The notes under the pieces: generated by a model
Database searches by the model: none
What the model was told of the DNA's origin: nothing
What the model saw: only the letters and a program-made list of their open reading frames with translations
Program-made: the position numbers and the translations under genes
NCBI GenBank assembly: GCA_051306435.1
Contig: JBPPNF010000012.1
Location: 1,908 to 65,907 of the forward strand
DNA from: Solirubrobacterales bacterium
Lineage (GTDB): Bacteria; Actinomycetota; Thermoleophilia; Solirubrobacterales; JACPNS01
Direction: 5' to 3'
Length of the DNA stretch: 64,000 nucleotides
Shown: positions 29,288 to 37,825 of the stretch, one piece after another
Numbering within the stretch: position 1 is the stretch's first letter
Layout: every line of letters starts with the position of its first letter

Positions 29288-30480
29288 GCCGCCAGGCACA
29301 ACACTGCATTGTGCCCACCGAATCCGAATGAGTTCGAGATTCCGTAGGCGAGAGGTTGGTCGGTTGCAAGCGCTTGAGGCTCGTTCGGAACATAGTTCAG
29401 ATCAAGACCCGGCTCCGGCTCGCGATAGTTGAGTGTTGGCGGGGCAACCCGTTGCTTGAGCGCTGAGATCGTTGCGACCGCTTCGACCGCCGCCGCGCCG
29501 CCGAGCAGGTGCCCAAGGCTCGATTTCAGCGATGAGACCGGCACGTCAGATCCACTCTCACCGAAGACCAACTTGATCGCGGTGGTTTCCGATCGATCGT
29601 TCAGCGGTGTAGATGTTCCGTGAGCATTCACGTAGTCGACCTGCTCCGTGACAAGAGACGCATCGGATATCGCGATCGACATCGCTCTACCTGCCGCAGT
29701 GCCCGCGGGGTCCGGGGCGGTGATGTGAAAAGCGTCGGTCGTCGCGCCGTAGCCGAGTAGAAAGCCGTAGATCGGTGCGCCGCGATCGATCGCCTTGTCT
29801 TCCCACTCGATCACGAGCGCGCCGGCGCCCTCTCCCATGACAAACCCGTCACGTTTTGCGTCGAACGGCCGCGAAATGCCAGACTCCGAGATCGCTCCCA
29901 TGGCCCGAAAACCTGCAGCCGCAAACTCACCGGTGGTCGATTCGCCTCCGCCGGTCACGAATGCGTCGGCGTCCCCAGCCTGGAGCAGACGCATTGCCAC
30001 TCCGATCGCCTGCGCGCTTGCGGCGCAGGCTGAAACGACTCCGTGGACCGGTCCGGTGAAATGCTCCCTCATGGCCACGGCGACCGGTCCAGCGTTCGGC
30101 ATCATCATCGGCACAGTCATCGGTGACACGCGACCGGGACCGAGTTCCCGATACACGTCGTGTTGTGCTTCAGTCGTGTCCAGGCCGCCGACGCCGGAGC
30201 CGATCACGCAGCCGATGCGATCCGCCGGATACGGCGCTTCGTCACGCCATCCCGCCATCTCAATCGCCTCTTCGGCTGCGGCGACGATCAGCTGCGTGGA
30301 CCGGTCAGTTCGCCGGACTTCTTTGCGGGTCATGACGTCCACAGGGTCGAAGTCGGCGCAGAGTGCGTCGGACTCTTCAATGCCGCTTCGGCCGGCGATC
30401 CAGCCGTCAAAAAGGGCGCGGCTGTTGTTGCCGAGCGAAGTGACCGCGCCCAGTCCAGTGATCGCAATGCGCCGCGTCAT
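29284..30480 (-). CDS. fabF: Beta-ketoacyl-ACP synthase II
   Basis: SACAAS (Cys), NAHGTSTPLND, LGHLLG, NSFGFGGHN. Confidence 0.95.
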   Translation of the reverse strand: MTRRIAITGLGAVTSLGNNSRALFDGWIAGRSGIEESDALCADFDPVDVMTRKEVRRTDRSTQLIVAAAEEAIEMAGWRDEAPYPADRIGCVIGSGVGGLDTTEAQHDVYRELGPGRVSPMTVPMMMPNAGPVAVAMREHFTGPVHGVVSACAASAQAIGVAMRLLQAGDADAFVTGGGESTTGEFAAAGFRAMGAISESGISRPFDAKRDGFVMGEGAGALVIEWEDKAIDRGAPIYGFLLGYGATTDAFHITAPDPAGTAAGRAMSIAISDASLVTEQVDYVNAHGTSTPLNDRSETTAIKLVFGESGSDVPVSSLKSSLGHLLGGAAAVEAVATISALKQRVAPPTLNYREPEPGLDLNYVPNEPQALATDQPLAYGISNSFGFGGHNAVLCLAA

Positions 30481-30731
30481 GAGGCCTTGCTGACGATGAA
30501 CTCCACTGCGTCGCCGATCGTGCGGAGACCCTCAAGCGCTTCGCCGCCAAATTTGATGTTGTGTTCGTCGCCGACTATCTGGGCGATCTCCACGAGATCG
30601 AGGGAGTCGACGTCAATTGACTCGAAGCTCGTCGACATCTCGAGCCCCATTGACTCAGTGTCAGGGGAGACTTCGACGATCGCGGCGATCACCTGGCTCA
30701 GGACTTCCGTACTCAGTGCTGTTTCGGGCAT
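30477..30731 (-). CDS. acpP: Acyl carrier protein
   Basis: DVDSLDLVEI phosphopantetheine Ser; acidic 84 aa. Confidence 0.92.
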   Translation of the reverse strand: MPETALSTEVLSQVIAAIVEVSPDTESMGLEMSTSFESIDVDSLDLVEIAQIVGDEHNIKFGGEALEGLRTIGDAVEFIVSKAS

Positions 30732-30749
30732 TGTGTTACCTCCGAGTTT

Positions 30750-31478
30750 TCAGGCGCTCAGCCCGCCGTCAACGACGAGCTCAGCTCCAGTTATGTATTT
30801 GGACGATTCCGATGTGAGAAATCCGATTGCGTCGGCGACCTCGCTCGCGGTTCCGAGCCGACGCATCGGAATGACGTTCGCCGCGCCGCTTGGGATATCG
30901 CTTGTCATGTCGGTCGCGATGAAGCCAGGAAGCACCGCGTTGACCGTGATGTTCTTACGCGCAACTTCGGCCGCGACGGTGCGCGTGAATCCGAGCAGCC
31001 CAGCTTTGGCCGCCGCGTAATTCGCCTGGCCGGGGTTCGCTTTGGGTCCGACCACGGACGCAACGTTCACGATTCGGCCCTCCCGGGCGCGAAGCATTCC
31101 TGGAAGCACCTGCCGGGTCAGCCTGAACGCTGCAGAGAGATTGGTCTCGACGACGCTGTCCCAGTCGCGGTCAGTCAACGTCATGGAAAGTCCGTCTGCG
31201 GTGATGCCGGCGTTGTTGACCAGTGCGCGCACCGGACCGTGTGCGGCGAGCTGCTCCAGCATTGCGCTGACGGCCGGCCCGTCGGTGACGTCGGCCGGGG
31301 CCGCGACCGCGTTTCCGCCGGATTCGCGAATCTTTGACAAAACCTGCTCTGCGGCCGCGGAGTCGGAGCGGTAGTTGACGGCGACGAACCAACCGGACTG
31401 CGAGAGCTTGATGGCGGTGGCTGCGCCAATGCCACGAGACGCACCGGTCACGAGCGCAACGCGCTTCGGCTCGTTCAT
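30750..31478 (-). CDS. fabG: 3-oxoacyl-ACP reductase
   Basis: TGASRGIG, NNAG, YAAAK, PGFIATDMT. Confidence 0.94.
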   Translation of the reverse strand: MNEPKRVALVTGASRGIGAATAIKLSQSGWFVAVNYRSDSAAAEQVLSKIRESGGNAVAAPADVTDGPAVSAMLEQLAAHGPVRALVNNAGITADGLSMTLTDRDWDSVVETNLSAAFRLTRQVLPGMLRAREGRIVNVASVVGPKANPGQANYAAAKAGLLGFTRTVAAEVARKNITVNAVLPGFIATDMTSDIPSGAANVIPMRRLGTASEVADAIGFLTSESSKYITGAELVVDGGLSA

Positions 31479-32476
31479 ACCGCGCTCCACTCGACGACCG
31501 TGCCGGCCCAGGTCAGGCCTGCGCCAAAAGCTGCAAGCAGAACGAGCGATCCATCGGGGATGCGCTCGTTCTGATTGAAGAGATCGAGGGTCAACGGCAT
31601 CGTCCCCGAGGAACTGTTGCCGTAGTCACGAATCGAATACATCACTCGTGACTCGTCGAGGCCGAGCTCAGCAATGACTGCTTCGAGCACACGCCCGTTC
31701 GCTTGATGGAAGAGGAAAAAGTCGATCTCGTCGAGCTCACAACCGAAGGCCTCCGCGGCCGAGACGGCAACTTCAGACATCCGCCGAACCGCCTCACGAA
31801 ATGTGTCGAGACCGCTCATCAGGATTTTTGGATCCGCAGCAGTCGCGGATGCGGTGATGAAATCGCCGTTTGCCCCGTCGCTGCCCATGATCACGGGGCC
31901 TATCCCTCTGGAGTCGTCCACCGCTTCCACAAGCGCGGCGCCGGCGGCGTCGGCAAACAAGCTCAGCGTGCCGCGGTCCTGGGGGTCAAGGAAGCGGGAC
32001 ATCACGTCCACCCCGACCACCAGTACGCGGTCCATCCGGCCTGACTCGATCACTGCCGCGGCGATGCCGATCGCTGATACCCATCCTGAGCACGCGGCAC
32101 CGACGTCGAGTGCACCCGCACTGCGGGCGCCCACGGCGCGGGCGATCAGTGGTGCGACGTTGGGCAGAAGTCGATCGGGTGAGATCGTTGAGACAAGCAC
32201 CAGATCGATCGATTCTGGCTCTGCGCCGGATGAAGCGATCGCCTCGCGAGAAGCAGCCGCGCCGAGGCTCGCCACAGTGTCATCGGCACCGGCAACTCGG
32301 CGTCGCTGGATACCGGTGCGCTTTTCGATCCACCCGGATTCAAGATTCAGCGCGTGCTCAATTGCGCCGTTTTCCACGATCGTTTCCGGCACTGAGTGGC
32401 CGAGCCCAGTGATTCCGGGGGTGGCCCGGTGGTTGGTCATCCGCGAAGGCGAGCTTGGGGGGGAGCCGTTAGTCAT
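31475..32476 (-). CDS. fabH: Beta-ketoacyl-ACP synthase III
   Basis: GAACSG (Cys), FHQAN (His), YGNSSS (Asn), FGAGLTW. Confidence 0.93.
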   Translation of the reverse strand: MTNGSPPSSPSRMTNHRATPGITGLGHSVPETIVENGAIEHALNLESGWIEKRTGIQRRRVAGADDTVASLGAAASREAIASSGAEPESIDLVLVSTISPDRLLPNVAPLIARAVGARSAGALDVGAACSGWVSAIGIAAAVIESGRMDRVLVVGVDVMSRFLDPQDRGTLSLFADAAGAALVEAVDDSRGIGPVIMGSDGANGDFITASATAADPKILMSGLDTFREAVRRMSEVAVSAAEAFGCELDEIDFFLFHQANGRVLEAVIAELGLDESRVMYSIRDYGNSSSGTMPLTLDLFNQNERIPDGSLVLLAAFGAGLTWAGTVVEWSAV

Positions 32477-32543
32477 CCTTCGAGATGAAAGCGGCGCTGT
32501 AGCCGAGAATTCTGATACCTGTCGCTAATGTTTTTTCGATTGT

Positions 32544-33746
32544 ATGGAATCTGGTGATAAAAACGCTTCAAGCGCCAGCGACGACCGCCCTTGGCACGAT
32601 CTTCCGCCAGAACTCGCCCCGTTTCTGGCCCAGGCCGGATCAACATTTGTAGCTGAGATGCTCTCGCAGTTCGAGACCGCGATTCCTGAGTTTTCTCGAC
32701 CGGACGACACTGAATTCGTTCGCAACCTTGAAGCCGCGCTCACCCAGGGTTTCGATGCGTTCGTAGGCCTGGTTTCCGGCGAGAACGAGGGCGTTATCGA
32801 TCCGGATCCCTATCGCGTCGCCGGCGCAGACGAGTTTCGCACGGGTCGTTCAATCTCCTCGCTTCAGTCGACGTATCGACTTGGCGGACGCGTGGCGTGG
32901 CGCCATGTGAGCGCTGCAGCCGTCGAGGGCGGCGCGCACGAGGACGTTCTGAGACCGCTTGCTGATGCATTGTTCGCGTTTGTTGATCAGCTCTGCCAGT
33001 TTTCGCTGGAGGGATATGCGGAAGCTGAGTCGGCGCAGTCGGACTCCGTCGGCGTTGCGCGGCGCAAGCTCTTTGACCTGCTGGTCACCGGTACATCACA
33101 TCCGAATCAGGCAGATTTTGCCGTGCGCGAGGCCAGATGGCGCGACTCAGGTTCGATCGCCGCGCTCGTTTTTGACTCCGATGCGCTCGCCGGTGTCGTG
33201 AACAGGCTTGACGCCGGGGTGTTGTACGGAACAATTTCTGGCGTCGGCTGCGTGCTTCTGCCCGACCCGAGCGGCCCTGGGCGGCGAGCCTTGCTCGATA
33301 CCGCGCTCAACGGGGTCAGTGCTGCGCTCGGTCCTGAATCGGACACGCATGATGCGAACCGATCGTTTCGCTGGGCCCACCAGGCGTGGTCGATGGTTGC
33401 ATCGGGCGAGCTGCCCACATCGAGCCCGTTGGTTGTGGACGAAGCGCTGGTCCCGCTCCTGTTGCGTTCGGATCGAGAACTCGTGGACCGCATCGTGCGA
33501 CTACGTCTGGCACCACTTTCTGAACTGCGGCCTGCCGTCGGCGCGCGGATGTCGGACACGCTTCTCTGCTGGCTGAGGCTCCACGGTGATCGCCGGGCGA
33601 TGGCCGAGGAACTTCATATTCACGTTCAGACGGTTGCCTACCGTGTCGCCCAGCTGCGCGAGATATTCGGCTCGGCGATGGATCGTCCGGATTCCCGGTT
33701 TGAGCTCGAGATCGCGTTGCGGTCAGTCGCACTGAGTGCTCCGTAG
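32544..33746 (+). CDS. PucR/CdaR-family regulator (FasR-like), divergent from the fab operon
   Basis: C-terminal HTH AEELHIHVQTVAYRVAQL; YRLGGRVAWR; placement next to fabH as for actinobacterial FasR. Confidence 0.9.
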   Translation: MESGDKNASSASDDRPWHDLPPELAPFLAQAGSTFVAEMLSQFETAIPEFSRPDDTEFVRNLEAALTQGFDAFVGLVSGENEGVIDPDPYRVAGADEFRTGRSISSLQSTYRLGGRVAWRHVSAAAVEGGAHEDVLRPLADALFAFVDQLCQFSLEGYAEAESAQSDSVGVARRKLFDLLVTGTSHPNQADFAVREARWRDSGSIAALVFDSDALAGVVNRLDAGVLYGTISGVGCVLLPDPSGPGRRALLDTALNGVSAALGPESDTHDANRSFRWAHQAWSMVASGELPTSSPLVVDEALVPLLLRSDRELVDRIVRLRLAPLSELRPAVGARMSDTLLCWLRLHGDRRAMAEELHIHVQTVAYRVAQLREIFGSAMDRPDSRFELEIALRSVALSAP

Positions 33747-33766
33747 GACGTAAGGCCGCCCACGGG

Positions 33767-34249
33767 CTATGCGTTTTCCATGTCTTTCCAGGAATACCAC
33801 GCGTCCGGCAACTCACTGCCGCCGCGCTCAAAATGTTCGACGGGCACTTCCAAGAACAGTGCGTGACAGTCCGCCAACACTGTTGCTCCATCGCTGATCC
33901 GCCCTGCGAGGTAGATCTTGCGACCATCGATCCGCTCGCACCAGGCCTCGACATCCAGGTCGCGGTCGAGGAAAGCCGGGGATCGAAAGTCCACAGTCAA
34001 GCTGGCAGTCACTGCCGGCCGGCGGAGGATCAACAGCATCGTGCCGAGCGCATCATCAAGTACTGTGGCGATCGCTCCGCCGTGAGCGATGCCGGGCGCG
34101 CCTTCCTGGCGACGATCGAGGCGGACCCGACCCTTGATCCGGTCGCCGTCAACGCGCAATTTCAATCCCATGCCGGCGGGGTTCTCAGGCCCGCAGCCCA
34201 GGCAATTCGGGTGGTGAGGCGGGATGCTTCCGTCTGCGAGCGGCTTCAC
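33767..34249 (-). CDS. PaaI-family thioesterase
   Basis: HHPNCLGCGPENPAG, GIAHGGAIATVLDD. Confidence 0.9.
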   Translation of the reverse strand: MKPLADGSIPPHHPNCLGCGPENPAGMGLKLRVDGDRIKGRVRLDRRQEGAPGIAHGGAIATVLDDALGTMLLILRRPAVTASLTVDFRSPAFLDRDLDVEAWCERIDGRKIYLAGRISDGATVLADCHALFLEVPVEHFERGGSELPDAWYSWKDMENA

Positions 34250-35280
34250 AGGCCATTCTCCAACAGACGGGCCATCGCGGCAACCCCATCCTGCTCAAGG
34301 CGGGCGATGTCGCGAACCACCTGACGCCCTGATTCGTGGTCAACGGCCTTGGCGCATTCCGCAAGCATCACCCACGCATCGGCCAGTTCATCGTATTTTT
34401 CTCCGACGCTGACAAGCGCGGGTTCTTCGAGCAGGTCGCCAAGATCATGCAGAAACTGCGCGTGAAGCGAACGAAACATGGCGCCGCCAGTTCCGGTCTT
34501 GACGATGAATATGTTCAGCCCCGCGAGCGCCTCGGGAAGATTCGACCCGAACAATTGCGGCCAATCCTGGTACGTCGCCGCAAAGTAATCGACCCCTTCC
34601 AATCCAGCCGCGCCTTTCATTCCGGCCAGCGCTTCCCCGCCACCCTGCATGTTGTCAAGCGCGCACTGAATCGCTGCTTTTCCGGCTTCCCTGGGGTCTC
34701 TCAGCCGATCAGGCCAGTCATAGACGAACGTCGTGTGACTGTTGGGGCCGGGAAATGAGTCGGAATTCCGCGCTCGCGCAAGCTCGGCAAGGCTGCAGGT
34801 CTGGATTTCCTCACGGTCATTGTCGGCCACGAAGGCCACGCCAGCTGATTCGTCGTAGCCGACGACAACCACATCGTGACGCGTGTTGTGCATTCGAACG
34901 TTGAGGTATTCGAGATGCTTGATGTCGGCCCAGACCATTGTGGGCCGGCCGGCGTCAAGCTCATTCTTCAAAATTGCCCAGCCCTCCGCAGGGTCGCTGG
35001 CCTCGCGGACCGTGAGTTCGATGCCCGTATGGATCGCAAAATCGCGCTCCATATCGGCTGTACGACCGACCAGGTAGAGCGGCGGATTGAAGTTTTCAAC
35101 CTCGACGTACAGAAATCCCAGCCCGCCGCCCAGGCCGAAAACCATCCCCTCGCTCAGAGTGCCGGCTCCGTAGTCGAGCCCGCGAAGCTCGAGGAGATCG
35201 CGAAGCGCTCCAGATCCGCAGTGGCCGGCCTTGCGGTGCGGGAAGGACGCTACTTGCGGGAAGTGTTGCTGCGTGGACAT
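34246..35280 (-). CDS. BtrH N-terminal domain / DUF4872 protein (papain-like Cys-His fold)
   Basis: HCGSGALRDLL, SEGMVFGLGGGLGF, HDVVVVGYDE, ADND. Confidence 0.8.
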   Translation of the reverse strand: MSTQQHFPQVASFPHRKAGHCGSGALRDLLELRGLDYGAGTLSEGMVFGLGGGLGFLYVEVENFNPPLYLVGRTADMERDFAIHTGIELTVREASDPAEGWAILKNELDAGRPTMVWADIKHLEYLNVRMHNTRHDVVVVGYDESAGVAFVADNDREEIQTCSLAELARARNSDSFPGPNSHTTFVYDWPDRLRDPREAGKAAIQCALDNMQGGGEALAGMKGAAGLEGVDYFAATYQDWPQLFGSNLPEALAGLNIFIVKTGTGGAMFRSLHAQFLHDLGDLLEEPALVSVGEKYDELADAWVMLAECAKAVDHESGRQVVRDIARLEQDGVAAMARLLENGL

Positions 35281-35303
35281 CGATGGCGGAGAATAGCCGA
35301 GGT

Positions 35304-35321
35304 GTTCACCAGATGGTGAAC
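35304..35321. promoter_or_regulatory. Putative TetR operator in the btrH-like/tetR divergent promoter
   Basis: GTTCACCA-GA-TGGTGAAC with perfect 8-bp arms. Confidence 0.7.
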
Positions 35322-35362
35322 CCGGCCGTCTCTGCGGCCATTTTCACGGTACGGTTGAGCAC

Positions 35363-35971
35363 GTGAATGTGACAGCCGCCAAGGAAACGTCGGAGCCGCT
35401 ACGCATCCTTGACGCCGCAATCGACGCGCTGGCCGAGTACGGATACGCGACTTGCTCGATGCAACGCATCGCCGATCACGCAGAAGTCGACAAGCGGATG
35501 CTCCACTACTACTTCGGCGACCGCAACAGCCTGATCGTTCAGGTTGCCGAGCGAGTCGGTGATCGCCTGCTGGCAGGATTCGAAAGCGCGGTTGAAGGCT
35601 TGTCAAGCCCCCCCGAGATCGTCGCCGCCAGCTTCGAATCGCTTTGGGAGAATGTGGTGTCGGAGCCGCGGCTCCACGCCGTGCACTTGTGTCTCGTGTC
35701 TGCGGCCGTAACTGATGATTCGCTTCGTCTGCAAGTTGCGCGCATTCGTGATCGCTACTCCGAGCTCATTCTGGAACTCGCTGCGAGGGCTCGCAAGGCA
35801 GGTTTGGCGTTTCGTCTGAATGACGAAACTCTCGTCGGCCTGACCATGGCTGGTCTCAACGGTCTGACCGTCGATTACCTGCAGCGCGGCGAAACCGAAG
35901 AATTGACCCAGTCGTTGGCCGAGTTTCAATCCTGGTTGATGCAACTGGCAAGGCCGCCGGCTGACTCATGA
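35363..35971 (+). CDS. TetR-family regulator
   Basis: ILDAAIDALAEYGYATCSMQRIADHAEVDKRMLHYYF. Confidence 0.92.
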   Translation: MNVTAAKETSEPLRILDAAIDALAEYGYATCSMQRIADHAEVDKRMLHYYFGDRNSLIVQVAERVGDRLLAGFESAVEGLSSPPEIVAASFESLWENVVSEPRLHAVHLCLVSAAVTDDSLRLQVARIRDRYSELILELAARARKAGLAFRLNDETLVGLTMAGLNGLTVDYLQRGETEELTQSLAEFQSWLMQLARPPADS

Positions 35972-36022
35972 CCCGTCAGACAGTACGGAATCCGACCTCT
36001 GCGGCTACAATCGACGTACTGT

Positions 36023-36037
36023 TTGACGCCATGTCAA
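36023..36037. promoter_or_regulatory. Operator copy 3 (TTGACA-N3-TGTCAA) upstream of R2lox-rubredoxin
   Basis: TTGACG-CCA-TGTCAA, one mismatch, just downstream of a TACAAT -10 at 36006-36011. Confidence 0.7.
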
Positions 36038-36080
36038 TCATGGTCTCGAACCAAACATTCTGAATCAGGGAGTTAAACCG

Positions 36081-36986
36081 GTGGCCAATCTTCTCGAACT
36101 CACCAGCCAGGGCGATGTCGGCACGATCAGCGATGAATCGAAACTGGCAAACATCGAACTACAGCAGCCCCAGCAACTTTACGAACTTTGGGAACGTCAG
36201 CCGTGGTCGGCTCACGAGATCGACCTCAGCCAGGACGTCGAAGACTGGAAGAAGTTCCCGGAGTCCGAAAAGGGAGATGTAATCTGGGGCCTCTCCTCGT
36301 TCTTCGTGGGCGAAGAACGCGTAACCACTCAGTTCTCCGGGTTGGTCATGGCGTACGAAGATCAGTCCGAAGAGGCTTTCCTCACGACGCAGCAGGTTGA
36401 CGAAGCTCGTCACACTCAGTTCTTCGCTCGGTACTACGAAGATGTGTTCAGCATCGGCAACGGCATCGAAGCGCAGCTTGCGCGTGTGCGAGAGGACGTC
36501 AACGAGGGTTTCCTCGAGTTGTTCGACGTACACCTCGTGAACGCTTGCAAGCAGCTCGTTGATCATCCTGATGACATGGAAGCCAAGGTCGACTTCGTCA
36601 CGACTTACCACATGATCATCGAAGGCACGCTCGCGCTGACCGGGCAGTTCTTCATCACTGATTTCTTCGAGCAGCGCGGAGTGATGCCGGGATTCGTTGA
36701 CGGATTCAAGAAGATCAGTCAGGATGAGCATCGGCACGTCGCTTATGGGACCTGGTTTCTCAAAGAGGCCTGTAAAGACCCGGCCCTCGCCAGCCGCATG
36801 CAGGCCAAATTGGCCGAGCTCCTGCCGATTGCCGCAACGGTACTGGTCCCCAAGGGCCAGGATCCCTTCGGTGACTGGACGCTTCTTGGCTACGACTCGG
36901 CGAAGGTGAATGAGTTTGCGTTCACCGCGTTGTCGCGCCGCCTCCGCGTTATCGGTGTGGGCCTCCCGGAGGTCGCACCGGCATGA
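36081..36986 (+). CDS. R2-like ligand-binding oxidase (R2lox; ferritin-like dimetal enzyme)
   Basis: GEERVT, DEARH, YHMIIEG, DEHRH match R2lox GEEAVT/EEAKH/YNxxxEG/DExRH, including the cross-link Val and Tyr. Confidence 0.85.
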   Translation: MANLLELTSQGDVGTISDESKLANIELQQPQQLYELWERQPWSAHEIDLSQDVEDWKKFPESEKGDVIWGLSSFFVGEERVTTQFSGLVMAYEDQSEEAFLTTQQVDEARHTQFFARYYEDVFSIGNGIEAQLARVREDVNEGFLELFDVHLVNACKQLVDHPDDMEAKVDFVTTYHMIIEGTLALTGQFFITDFFEQRGVMPGFVDGFKKISQDEHRHVAYGTWFLKEACKDPALASRMQAKLAELLPIAATVLVPKGQDPFGDWTLLGYDSAKVNEFAFTALSRRLRVIGVGLPEVAPA

Positions 36987-37183
36987 GCCCCTCAGAAACC
37001 ATCGCTGAGTCAGCAACGTCTCAGATATGGATCTGCGAACCGTGCGGGATGATCTATGACCCGGTCGATGGAGATCCCGACGGAGGCATTCCACCAGGAA
37101 CACCGTTTGAAAGCGTTCCCGACACATGGTTGTGTCCCGTGTGCGGCGCGCGCAAGCGCGAGTTTGTTCCATACGTGGACTGA
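36983..37183 (+). CDS. Rubredoxin
   Basis: [34 protein letters not shown]; ATGA overlap with R2lox. Confidence 0.95.
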   Translation: MSPSETIAESATSQIWICEPCGMIYDPVDGDPDGGIPPGTPFESVPDTWLCPVCGARKREFVPYVD

Positions 37184-37253
37184 AGGTCATTGACTGCGCC
37201 GGTTGGTACTGAGCAGGCGTCTGCTCTGCCGGCTGGCGCAGTCAAGGCCTTCA
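37181..37253. repeat. Long (73-nt) imperfect hairpin starting at the rubredoxin stop
   Basis: TGAAGG..TTGACTGCGCC pairs with GGCGCAGTCAA..CCTTCA; apical GAGCAG-GCGT-CTGCTC. Confidence 0.7.
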
Positions 37254-37307
37254 CGCAGTAGTCCACATACTGCGACGACCGGGCACTCGTCGGGGCTGCA
37301 CGGAAAG

Positions 37308-37343
37308 AAACCGACGACCCTCTTTCAAAGATCGTCGGTTTCG
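37308..37343 (-). terminator. Intrinsic terminator of tRNA-Ala
   Basis: GAAACCGACGA/TCGTCGGTTTC stem followed by TTT on the minus strand. Confidence 0.7.
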
Positions 37344-37355
37344 ACTTCGACAAAA

Positions 37356-37431
37356 TGGTGGAGCCAGACGGTTTCGAACCGACGACCTCCTGCTTGCAAA
37401 GCAGGCGCTCTACCAGCTGAGCTATGGCCCC
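37356..37431 (-). tRNA. tRNA-Ala (anticodon TGC)
   Basis: GGGGCCATAGCTCAGCTGGTAGAGCGCCTGCTTTGCAAGCAGGAGGTCGTCGGTTCGAAACCGTCTGGCTCCACCA, 76 nt with CCA. Confidence 0.97.
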
Positions 37432-37501
37432 GTAATCTGCAAAGTGTACGTGGCAGAATTCGCTCCAGCGATCCAGCTCAACGAAGAAAGAACGGGGACC
37501 C

Positions 37502-37825
37502 GTGGGTTCAGACGGTAGTTTCGAGGTTGTACGCGGCGCCCAGATCGAGCGCTTCAAGAGCTGGACCGAGTGGCCGCCGTGGGAAGGCATCGATCCGAAG
37601 CTGGAACGCACCTGCGCGGGGCCGGAGTCGGGCGTCGGCTCGAGGTACGCCTGGAAGGGGACGCGCAAGGTCGGCGAAGGCAGGATCGTGACCTGGCGGA
37701 TGCGGGGCAAGCGGCAGGGCCTGATGAAGATCATGGACACGTTCTTCAAGATCGACAAGATGGTCGGGCCTGATTTCGAGAAGGGCCTCGCGCAGCTGAA
37801 AACCGTCGCCGAGTCAAAGTCCTGA
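37502..37825 (+). pseudogene. SRPBCC (polyketide cyclase/dehydrase-like) gene with in-frame internal deletions
   Basis: Recognisable blocks W.PWE..DP, GVG.RY.W.G..KVGEG, VTW.M, MDKMVGPDFEKGL; only 107 aa, lacking central strands (family typically about 150 aa or more). Confidence 0.65.

Noticed and set aside
36081-36986. Ribonucleotide reductase beta subunit (nrdB/nrdF)
   Set aside because: No alpha subunit nearby, and motif spacing plus the cross-link Val/Tyr fit R2lox rather than class I R2.
20850-37431. Whole AT-richer lipid region as an integrative island inserted at tRNA-Ala
   Set aside because: No integrase in the window, no duplicate of the tRNA 3-prime end found near 20.8-21 kb, and the tRNA's own terminator directly follows it. 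The compositional shift is judged by eye only.
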